Assembly: GCA_038248345.1 (NCBI GenBank)
Contig: JBBRXO010000003.1
Span: 13,546-77,545, forward strand
Length of the DNA stretch: 64,000 nt
Reading direction: 5' to 3'
From: Armatimonadota bacterium
GTDB taxonomy: Bacteria > Armatimonadota > Hebobacteria > CAIYQO01
Below the pieces are notes generated by a model. It saw nothing but the letters and a program-made list of their open reading frames with translations. It was not told the DNA's origin and ran no database searches. The translations under genes and the position numbers were made by a program. Below, piece after piece: positions 1 to 8,171 of this stretch (within the stretch, counting starts at the first letter, position 1; the number at the start of each line of letters is the position of its first letter).

Positions 1-2463
1 GAGCCGATCCTGGAACGTCAGATACATCACCTCATCAACGGTGCCGAAGGCATCTGGCATATGGGACAACGCGACATCATCTGGATGCGCATCAGCAAAG
101 CCGCCAAGGAAAAAGGCTTCAGCATCAAACATTTCGGTGAGATCATTCACGCGAAGTTGCTCAATGAGTACCCGGCCATCGTGGACAAAGTGCAGGTAAC
201 GCTGGTTACCGATAAGGACGAAGTAGAGCGACGGTTGGACATTGCGCGGCGCAGCTATCGCGAACGCAACCTGCGCGTAGAGTCGATGACTGACGAGAGC
301 GTTGACACCTTCTATTCATGTCTGCTCTGCCAGAGTTTCGCCCCCAACCATGTCTGCGTCATCACGCCGGAGCGACTGGGTCTCTGCGGCGCTTACAACT
401 GGTTAGACGGCAAGGCCGCCTATGAGATTGACCCCACCGGCCCCAATCAGCCGCTCATCAAAGGTGAATGTATCGATCCGGTGCGCGGGCAGTGGAAAGA
501 TATCAACGAGTACGTCTACTCTAACTCTAAGCAGACCATTGAGCGTTTTAACGCTTATTCAATGCTGGAAGACCCGATGACCAGTTGTGGCTGTTTTGAG
601 GCTATCGTCGCCATGCTGCCGGAGTGCAATGGGGTGATGATCGTCAACCGTGAGTTCCCCGGCGATACTCCGGCGGGAATGCGATTCTCTACACTGGCGG
701 GGAGTACGGGGGGCGGGCAGCAGACTCCCGGTTTCATCGGCGTCGGCAAAGCCTATATTGTCAGTAAGAAATTCATCTCGGCGGAAGGCGGGCATAAGCG
801 CATCGTCTGGATGCCGCGTGAGCTGAAAGAAGCGCTGAAAGAAGACCTGGAGTTGATCGGCAAACGTCTCGGTATTGAGAACTATTGTGATCTTATCGCA
901 GATGAGACCGTCGGGTCAGATACCGCCTCTGTCAACGCCTATATGCAGAAGGTCAATCACCCGGCGCTGACCATGTGGGATGTAACCACCCCTTCACCGG
1001 AATGCGCTGCCATTGACGCTGCGCGCGGCGTTGTAGCTGCTACCGCTCCAATTGAGGCGGATGCTCCGGTGGTAACAGCAAATGTAGAAAAAGCAGCAGC
1101 GCCAGTCGTTGCCGTGGCACCGACAGCAGTTGCTGTGGCCGCCCCGGCGCCAGTGGTAGCTGCAAATCAAGTAGATGGTCTGTCCTATGTCATATCAGTA
1201 CTTGATAAAGTGCGTGCCACGGGCGTTGCACCGGTTGCTGGTACCAATATGGATCAGCAGATGGCCGCCTTGCAGATGTCCACCGCGGTGAATCTGCTGA
1301 CAGCTGGCGCCAATATGCTGCTAATGTACAGTGGCGCACTCGGCCAGGTACCGGTGGCTCCTGTTGCGTTGCCTATTGCTCACACGGCAGTAACGGAAGT
1401 AGATGTGGCAGTGGCTCCGACGGTTCACCCGATAGCTGCCACATGGGATACCCCGATACTGGTTAAAGAGAAACTGGTTACCTCGGCGAAAATTGCCGTC
1501 CCCGCTACCTTTAAGATACCGGGCGAAAGCGCTAGCTTGTCAGTTCGTGAGGTCACCCTTGGTGGTAGTGGTACGCGCACCTCGTCGCTCACCCTCGGTG
1601 GAGCCAGCGTATTGCCCTTCCGCCATTACGAGGGTAACATTGGGCGCACTCCGGCAATTGCTATGGAGGTATTTGACCGTCTGCCACGCAACTACCCACA
1701 GTCATTGCGGGACGCCTACGGAGATATGCTCACCGATGCGCCGAAGATGGCGAAGTACTGCGTCGAGGAGCTAGGCGCGCAGGCAATCAGCATTCGTTTG
1801 GACAGCACCCACCCGGACAATGAGGACACCTCTCCGGCGGCCGCGTGCGACTTTGTACAGGGCGTGCTTAGTGCCGTCGGTGTGCCGATTATTGTCACCG
1901 GCCCCAGCCATTACGAGAAGAACAATGCCGTGATGAAACAGGTAGCAAGCACCTTCACTGGCGAGAACTTGCTGCTGAACTGGGTGGAGACGGATAACTA
2001 CAAAACCATCGCCGCCGCCGCCATGGCATATAACCATTGTATTGTGACGCAGACCCCGATTGACGTGAATATGGCTAAACAGTTGAATATTCTCGTCACT
2101 AATATGGGGCTAGCTCCCGAAAAAATCATCATCGACGCGCTGACCGGCGCGCTGGGGTACGGTCTGGAGTACACTTACTCGGTGATGGAGCGTATCCGTA
2201 GCTCGGTCTTCACCGGAGACAGTATGCTGGCATTGCCGATGTTAGGCACGCCCGGCTACGAGATCGCCAAAACAAAAGAAAGCAAAGCGCCGCAAAGCTC
2301 CTTCAAAAATTGGGGCCCAGAGAGCGAGCGGGGCGCATTACTGGAGATCGCAACTGCGATGAGTTTGCTCAATGCTGGCGCTGATCTGCTGGTGATGTAT
2401 CACCCCATCGCGGCAACAACCGTGAAGAAAAAAATTGCCGAGATGACTCGGTTAGAGGACTAA
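1..2463 (+). CDS. acsB-acsD: Acetyl-CoA synthase (AcsB/CdhC, C-terminal part; gene starts before the window) fused in frame to corrinoid Fe-S protein small subunit (AcsD/CdhD)
   Basis: Frame is open from base 1 (EPILERQIHHLINGAEGIWH). A-cluster motifs SCLLCQSFAPNHVC..GLCGA and DPMTSCGCFE are present, and the AcsB end HPALTM lies at ~960-980. An Ala/Val/Pro linker follows, then AcsD motifs VREVTLGG, PIDVNMAKQLN, LGYGLEYTYSVMERIR and AGADLLVMYHP. Confidence 0.93.
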   Translation, partial: EPILERQIHHLINGAEGIWHMGQRDIIWMRISKAAKEKGFSIKHFGEIIHAKLLNEYPAIVDKVQVTLVTDKDEVERRLDIARRSYRERNLRVESMTDESVDTFYSCLLCQSFAPNHVCVITPERLGLCGAYNWLDGKAAYEIDPTGPNQPLIKGECIDPVRGQWKDINEYVYSNSKQTIERFNAYSMLEDPMTSCGCFEAIVAMLPECNGVMIVNREFPGDTPAGMRFSTLAGSTGGGQQTPGFIGVGKAYIVSKKFISAEGGHKRIVWMPRELKEALKEDLELIGKRLGIENYCDLIADETVGSDTASVNAYMQKVNHPALTMWDVTTPSPECAAIDAARGVVAATAPIEADAPVVTANVEKAAAPVVAVAPTAVAVAAPAPVVAANQVDGLSYVISVLDKVRATGVAPVAGTNMDQQMAALQMSTAVNLLTAGANMLLMYSGALGQVPVAPVALPIAHTAVTEVDVAVAPTVHPIAATWDTPILVKEKLVTSAKIAVPATFKIPGESASLSVREVTLGGSGTRTSSLTLGGASVLPFRHYEGNIGRTPAIAMEVFDRLPRNYPQSLRDAYGDMLTDAPKMAKYCVEELGAQAISIRLDSTHPDNEDTSPAAACDFVQGVLSAVGVPIIVTGPSHYEKNNAVMKQVASTFTGENLLLNWVETDNYKTIAAAAMAYNHCIVTQTPIDVNMAKQLNILVTNMGLAPEKIIIDALTGALGYGLEYTYSVMERIRSSVFTGDSMLALPMLGTPGYEIAKTKESKAPQSSFKNWGPESERGALLEIATAMSLLNAGADLLVMYHPIAATTVKKKIAEMTRLED

Positions 2464-2476
2464 AGGGAGCACGAAG

Positions 2477-3820
2477 ATGGCATTAACTGGTCTGGATATC
2501 TTTAAAATATTGCCCAAAACCAACTGTACTGAATGTGGCGTGCCCACTTGTATGGCATTTGCCATGAAGTTGGCCGCCAAAAGTGTCGAGCTCTCCGCTT
2601 GTCCGTATGCCTCGGAAGAGGCAAAGACAAAGATCGGCGCGGCGAGTAAGCCCCCGATCAGGTTGGTCAAACTCGGGCCAACTGATCGTGAGGTGTTACT
2701 GGGGAACGAAACCGTGATGTTTCGTCACGAGAAGACCTTCGTTCATCCCCCAGCCTTCGCAGTAGCCTTCTCCGATGAGCAATCAGCGGGCGACCTGGCG
2801 CATCTCACCGCTACTGTGCGTGAATATTGCCTGGAGCGCGTGGGTGAGGAGCTTACTCTCGATCTGGTACTGATTGAAAACACCAGCGAAGAGGTAGAGC
2901 CGTTCATAGCCGCTATCCGCGCAGTGGCGGCCAGCGCCGGACGCGGGGTGATCCTGAAGAGTAGCAACGTGGCGGCTCTGGAAGCTGGTGCGCAATTGCT
3001 GGAAGGTCAGCGTCCCTTATTACATGCGGCGACCACCGAAAATGTGGATGCCGTGGCAGCTATTGCGCTGAAATACAAATGCGCGGTGGTAGCGCAGGCC
3101 GCGACGCTGGATGAACTGGCGGCGCTGACAAAGAAGCTGGCCGCGCTGGGTGTGCAAGATATCGTGCTCGATATCCCGGCGGATAATATCGCGGCTACGC
3201 TGCAGAATAATACCCTTGCGCGTAAGGCGGCATTGAAGACCGCTTTTGAACCGATGGGCTACCCGGTCATCAACTTCGTTGTAGAGGAAGACCTGCCCAG
3301 TCTGGTGGCAGATGCTTCGACTTTGATCTGTAAATACGCGTCGATCCTGGTGATAGATACACTTTCCTATCAGGCGCTATTGCCGTTGATGATGTTACGG
3401 CAGAATATCTATACCGACCCGCAGAAACCGATCCAAGTAGAGCCGAAGATCTACCCCATCGGGGAGCCGGATGATAATTCACCGGTACTGGTTACTACCA
3501 ACTTCTCGCTGACATACTTCATCGTTTCGGGAGAGATTGAGAACTCAGGTATATCCGCGCACCTCGTTATTGTCGAATGCGAAGGGATGAGCGTGCTTAC
3601 CGCCTGGGCAGCCGGGAAGTTCTCCGGCGAGAAGATCGCGCAGTTCATCAAATCCTCCGGCCTGGAACAGCAGGTTAAAACCCGCCGCCTCATCATCCCC
3701 GGCTATGTCGCGCAGATCAGCGGCGACCTGGAAGAGGGGCTGAAAGGCTGGGAGATAGTCGTCGGACCGCAAGAAGCATCCGACCTGGGGCCGTTTATGA
3801 AGCTACAGGTGGGTAAGTAA
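2477..3820 (+). CDS. acsC: Corrinoid Fe-S protein large subunit (AcsC/CdhE)
   Basis: MALTGLDIFKILPKTNCTECGVPTCMAFA 4Fe-4S N-terminus, plus RQNIYTDPQKP, TTNFSLTYF and SVLTAWAAGKF. Confidence 0.97.
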   Translation: MALTGLDIFKILPKTNCTECGVPTCMAFAMKLAAKSVELSACPYASEEAKTKIGAASKPPIRLVKLGPTDREVLLGNETVMFRHEKTFVHPPAFAVAFSDEQSAGDLAHLTATVREYCLERVGEELTLDLVLIENTSEEVEPFIAAIRAVAASAGRGVILKSSNVAALEAGAQLLEGQRPLLHAATTENVDAVAAIALKYKCAVVAQAATLDELAALTKKLAALGVQDIVLDIPADNIAATLQNNTLARKAALKTAFEPMGYPVINFVVEEDLPSLVADASTLICKYASILVIDTLSYQALLPLMMLRQNIYTDPQKPIQVEPKIYPIGEPDDNSPVLVTTNFSLTYFIVSGEIENSGISAHLVIVECEGMSVLTAWAAGKFSGEKIAQFIKSSGLEQQVKTRRLIIPGYVAQISGDLEEGLKGWEIVVGPQEASDLGPFMKLQVGK

Positions 3821-3869
3821 ACCCAGCGGCCACCTCCAGGCCTTTGAGCTAGAAACTAGGAGCAAAAAT

Positions 3870-5792
3870 ATGCCTATAGTTCGCTTTCTACCCGGCAATA
3901 CCACTGTAGAAGTCCCCGTTGGCACTCTCATTCATGAGGCGGCTATCAAGGCGGGGATAGAAGAGTTACATCTTCCATGTGGTGGTAAAGGTACATGCGG
4001 GCGGTGCCTGGTGGAGATCGTTGAGGGCACGACAGATGGGGTGGGACACTCGCATTTGGCCGATGCTTTGGCTGGCGGGCGGCTAGTGATGGCGTGCCAG
4101 ACGAAGGTGCGCGAGGATATAACCGTTGGCATACGCCCCAAGCATGATGACACTATGCGGGTGGTGGGTGACAGTCATTTGCTCATCGGCGATGACCTGT
4201 TGCCGGATATTGATGATCTCTCACCGCTCTACCGCTTTGTGCAATTGACGGTACCCGAGGCATCAATTGAAGAGCATTATAGTGACTGGCAACGCATCGT
4301 ACGGCTGTTAGGCGACTGGGATCGCACATTGCCAACTTGCCCCCTGAACGTTACAACCGATATTACAGTATTACGTCAGCTAGCCGAGGTATTGCGAGCA
4401 CAGGATGGCCGTGTGACAGTGACTATCCGCGAGGAAGATGCCGGTATACACGTTCTAGCGGTGGAAGCCGGGCATGTGGAAAAGAAAGCCTATGGGCTGG
4501 CAATCGACATCGGCACAACCACCGTGGCAGTGCAACTGGTTGACCTGGTTGCGGGCCGTGTAATAGCGAGTCGTACTTCTTATAACGCACAGATTCGCCG
4601 TGGTGGTGATATCATCAGTCGTATCGACTACGCTCGCACACCAGAGCGGCAAGAGGAATTACGTGGGCTGGTGCTGGAGACATTGCGTGAATTGATCGCA
4701 GATACTCTCGCCTGTACGCGTACTGATTCGCAAGCGGTGTATGCAGCTTTCATCGCTGGCAACACTACCATGATCCACCTGCTACTCGCCCTGCCTCCGC
4801 GATACATTCGCGAGTCACCATACGTACCCACCGTCAACACCGTGCCAACGCTTACCGCCGCCGAAGTGGGACTACCGATCAACCCTACCGCAATAGTATC
4901 CTGCGCGCCGGGGGTGGGTAGTTATGTGGGCGGCGATATTACTGCTGGATTGCTCTGCACCGAGTTGACGACTAACAGCGAAGAGGTGTTTCTCTTTTTG
5001 GATATCGGCACCAATGGTGAGATTGTGCTGGGTAATGCCGATTGGTTGGTCACCTGCGCCTGCTCTGCCGGGCCAGCTTTTGAAGGTTCTGGTATCAAGT
5101 GCGGTATGCGCGCAACTGACGGCGCTATTGAATACTTCGCTATAGCACCTGGAATGCAGGAGATTAGCTACGATGTTATCGGTAATGGTAAACCAGCGGG
5201 TATCTGCGGTTCTGGCCTGATTTCGCTACTGGGCGAGTTACTATTGCGCGGTGTGGTTGACCAAATGGGGCGTTTCAATATGGAGCTGCCCACCGACAGG
5301 CTTATAAAAACACCTAACGGTAATGCCTTCGTGCTGGAGTTTGCCGCTGAGACGCAAGCTGGTGCTGACCTTTTCATTACCGAGGCAGATATTGAAAACC
5401 TGATGCGCACGAAAGCGGCGATTTATGCTGCTTGCGCGCTCATACTCGATAATGTCGGATTGGCTTGGAGCGCAATATCGCATGTCTATATCGCAGGTGG
5501 TTTTGGGCGCTATATCCAGATAGATGACGCTATCATGATCGGGCTGTTGCCTGACTTGGAGGCCGAACGCTTCCATTATATCGGCAACTCCGCCCTCACT
5601 GGCGCTTATATCGCTTTGTTGACCGCCAAGGGCCGGCAGCAACTAGCCACCACCGCTGCGCGCATGACCTACATCGATTTAAGTAGCGATCATCGCTACA
5701 TGGACAGCTACCTAGGCGCACTCTTCCTGCCACATACAGATATGACGCAATTCCCCACCGTGGCGGAGAAGATGATGGCGGCGCGGGCATAA
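3870..5792 (+). CDS. acsV: ASKHA-family reductive activator of corrinoid proteins (RACo/AcsV, DUF4445) with N-terminal 2Fe-2S domain
   Basis: CGGKGTCGRC..C ferredoxin, DIGTTT, DIGTNGE, SAGPAFEG, GICGSG and IAGGFG motifs; adjacent to acsC. Confidence 0.92.
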   Translation: MPIVRFLPGNTTVEVPVGTLIHEAAIKAGIEELHLPCGGKGTCGRCLVEIVEGTTDGVGHSHLADALAGGRLVMACQTKVREDITVGIRPKHDDTMRVVGDSHLLIGDDLLPDIDDLSPLYRFVQLTVPEASIEEHYSDWQRIVRLLGDWDRTLPTCPLNVTTDITVLRQLAEVLRAQDGRVTVTIREEDAGIHVLAVEAGHVEKKAYGLAIDIGTTTVAVQLVDLVAGRVIASRTSYNAQIRRGGDIISRIDYARTPERQEELRGLVLETLRELIADTLACTRTDSQAVYAAFIAGNTTMIHLLLALPPRYIRESPYVPTVNTVPTLTAAEVGLPINPTAIVSCAPGVGSYVGGDITAGLLCTELTTNSEEVFLFLDIGTNGEIVLGNADWLVTCACSAGPAFEGSGIKCGMRATDGAIEYFAIAPGMQEISYDVIGNGKPAGICGSGLISLLGELLLRGVVDQMGRFNMELPTDRLIKTPNGNAFVLEFAAETQAGADLFITEADIENLMRTKAAIYAACALILDNVGLAWSAISHVYIAGGFGRYIQIDDAIMIGLLPDLEAERFHYIGNSALTGAYIALLTAKGRQQLATTAARMTYIDLSSDHRYMDSYLGALFLPHTDMTQFPTVAEKMMAARA

Positions 5793-5814
5793 TATTTTGA
5801 TTGTCGAGATGACT

Positions 5815-5903
5815 GTAGGGGCACAAGGCTTGTGCCCAAGTCTTAACCATACGATTTGTATAATAGAAAACTCGGAAAGAGGGCACATGCCATGTGCCCC
5901 TAC
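5815..5903. repeat. REP-like inverted doublet (GTAG-headed palindromes), copy 1
   Basis: GTAGGGGCACAAGGCTTGTGCCC ... GGGCACATGCCATGTGCCCCTAC; the left arm is identical to 53646-53668. Confidence 0.85.
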
Positions 5904-5932
5904 AATATTTAACGGATACAGGAGGACTAATT

Positions 5933-6829
5933 ATGAAATCACTTCTCGAACGCCTTGCCGCCGGTGAGATCCTTATCTCAGACGGGGCCATGGGCACTTT
6001 CCTTCAGGCGAAGGGCCTGCAACCCGGCGAATCTCCTGAGGCGTGGTGTTGCTCGCATCCGGACGCTGTGAAGAGTATTGCCGAGGCTTACATTGCTGCT
6101 GGCTCGGATATTGTTGAGACCGATTCCTTCGGCGGCACTACTTTCAAGCAGCGCGAATTCGGTCTGGCAGATAAGGTTGATGAGTTCAACACTGCCTCTG
6201 CCAAGCTAGCCAAAGAAGCCATGGGCGACAAAGGCTATGTGGCGGCATCGGTAGGCCCCACCGGGCAAATTGTCGAGGATGAGGGCGGCGATGTCACCGA
6301 AGAAGAGCTTTATGAAGCCTTCAAACAGCAAGTAATCGCGCTGGCCGCTGGCGGTGCCGATGCGGTCTGTATTGAAACCATGTCATCCGTTACTGAGGCA
6401 GTGCAAGCCATCAAAGCCAGCAAAGATAACACTGACCTGCTGGTGATTGCTACCTTCACCTTCGAGCCAGGTGCGCACGGCTTCCGCACAATGATGGGCG
6501 TCACCCCTTCGCGCGCCGCCGGGGAATCGGTGGCCGCCGGCGCCGACATCATTGGCGCTAATTGTGGCAATGGCATCGCTAATATGATTGAGATCACCCG
6601 CGAATTGCGCGCCGCCGCCCCTAATACCCCGATCCTTATCCACGCGAACGCTGGTATGCCGGTATTTGAAGACGGCAATACCGTATTCAAAGAGACTCCT
6701 GCCGACATGGCAGCCCGCGTAAAGGAATTGGTCGAAGCTGGAGCCAATATAATTGGTGGTTGCTGTGGCACCACGCCTGCGCATATAGCAGCGATGGCAG
6801 AAGTGGCACGGGGATGTGGAAAAAGCTAA
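5933..6829 (+). CDS. Stand-alone homocysteine S-methyltransferase domain protein (MetH N-terminal/BHMT family)
   Basis: SDGAMGT, AGSDIVETDSFGG, ASVGPTG, IETMS and Zn ligands GANC and GGCCGTTP; GGAGG RBS before ATG 5933. Confidence 0.9.
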   Translation: MKSLLERLAAGEILISDGAMGTFLQAKGLQPGESPEAWCCSHPDAVKSIAEAYIAAGSDIVETDSFGGTTFKQREFGLADKVDEFNTASAKLAKEAMGDKGYVAASVGPTGQIVEDEGGDVTEEELYEAFKQQVIALAAGGADAVCIETMSSVTEAVQAIKASKDNTDLLVIATFTFEPGAHGFRTMMGVTPSRAAGESVAAGADIIGANCGNGIANMIEITRELRAAAPNTPILIHANAGMPVFEDGNTVFKETPADMAARVKELVEAGANIIGGCCGTTPAHIAAMAEVARGCGKS

Positions 6830-6864
6830 TCCAGTAAATACCGCCATAGCGTTTTAGCTACGAG

Positions 6865-6900
6865 AATGCCCGGCGAAGAGGCTTCGCCGGGCATTGTTTT
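6865..6900. terminator. Intrinsic terminator between convergent genes
   Basis: AATGCCCGGCGAA-GAGGC-TTCGCCGGGCATT followed by GTTTTT. Confidence 0.8.
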
Positions 6901-6909
6901 TGCTTGAAA

Positions 6910-7506
6910 TTAAGCAACCGTTTCTTCAGGAGCTGCTTCCGCAACCACGCGCAGTGGCTGACGGATATGTGCTACGCACTCGGTGGGGTTGTCGAGTAAC
7001 TCACAACCTTTAGGAAGTTCGATAGCACCGGCTTCCAGGATATCGCCGATCATCATCGCGGAGATGTCGTGCTTCACATTGTCAGGCACGGTGCCGGCGG
7101 CACTGCGTATATGCAACGTGTGCATGCTAATATCCAGCATGCCGCCCATTGCGACGCCGGCGGCTTCGCCTTCCAGCACCACAGTTACAGTCACTTGCAG
7201 TTTTTCTTTCAAGGAGATGCGTTGCAAGTCGAGGTGCAGGGGAATCTGTTTGATCGCTTCGCGCTGCACGGATTTAACCAGTGCCAGTCCGCTGTCTTTA
7301 CCGTCAATCAACAGATTAACCAGCTGTGAGCCGGAACTGCTTTCATGCAGCATGACGCTCAACTGTCGCAGTTCCAGCACCAGTGATACCGGATCGCCAT
7401 GTCCGTAAACTGATGCGGGTATGAGACCCTGATGGCGCAATTGGCGCGACGAGTTTGTGCCAGTGCCTGTGCGAGATGAACAGGTTAGCGTAGGATACAT
7501 AGTCAT
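6910..7506 (-). CDS. rplY: 50S ribosomal protein L25/general stress protein Ctc
   Basis: R..GT..SRQLRHQGLIPASVYGHG, VKSVQ, HLDLQR and GEAAGVAMGGML; long Ctc-type form. Confidence 0.93.
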   Translation of the reverse strand: MTMYPTLTCSSRTGTGTNSSRQLRHQGLIPASVYGHGDPVSLVLELRQLSVMLHESSSGSQLVNLLIDGKDSGLALVKSVQREAIKQIPLHLDLQRISLKEKLQVTVTVVLEGEAAGVAMGGMLDISMHTLHIRSAAGTVPDNVKHDISAMMIGDILEAGAIELPKGCELLDNPTECVAHIRQPLRVVAEAAPEETVA

Positions 7507-7697
7507 TTTAAGCTTCCTCTCTGATACACAGATGGTTGGAGGCTACCAAGGAGACTGTTTAGTGACTCGCGAGTCATCCAACAGCTCTACGGGAAGTCAT
7601 TACCAAAAATGGTCAATATAATGATAACAGTATTCGTGATTACTGTCCAATTTTGGCGTAACACCGCCCGGAGATTAGTATTAATGCTGCTAGACGA

Positions 7698-7781
7698 CTA
7701 GGCAGTTCCGCTGTTTGGAGCCTTGGAAACCTTCACTTTTTTAGGTTTCTTGGTATCTTTTTTCGGAGATTTATCTCCCAT
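7698..7781 (-). CDS. Small Lys-rich protein, 27 aa (MGDKSPKKDTKKPKKVKVSKAPNSGTA)
   Basis: Hand-translated ATG..TAG with AAGGA RBS upstream; below the ORF-track cut-off. Confidence 0.6.
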   Translation of the reverse strand: MGDKSPKKDTKKPKKVKVSKAPNSGTA

Positions 7782-8171
7782 AGCGTACATCCTTTCCGAT
7801 ATCGAATATCCGATCTCTAAGATTACTCACACTAACAGGAATACCGGCCAGTGTCAAATAGTAGTAGGTATAATTTTTCCCATTGTTTGTCTGATTATCA
7901 TGACACAACGAAAAAATGTATCGATTTTAGAAAGCCGACGATAAAACTCGCCTGCTACTGGTTGGCTTTTCTGATATAAAAGCCTGGTAAAGTGGATAAC
8001 CAGGATATCGCTGACAATGCAACAATGCTTTAAAAAACAGTACCAGTAGGTTGATACTAGCAGGATACAGCTCCGGTACGATTTCACTCCCGTGAAATAT
8101 CTCACAATGTGGCGAAAGCGATGATTTAAGTAAATAATAGTAGGTTGTTTGCTTACTAATAATTGCTACTT

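Noticed and set aside
7940..8100. Several small hairpins (GGCTTTT/AAAAGCC, CCTGGT/ACCAGG, CTACTGGT/ACCAGTAG) suggesting an ncRNA
   Set aside because: Stems are short and partly overlapping, there is no recognisable motif, and the case cannot be supported without covariation data
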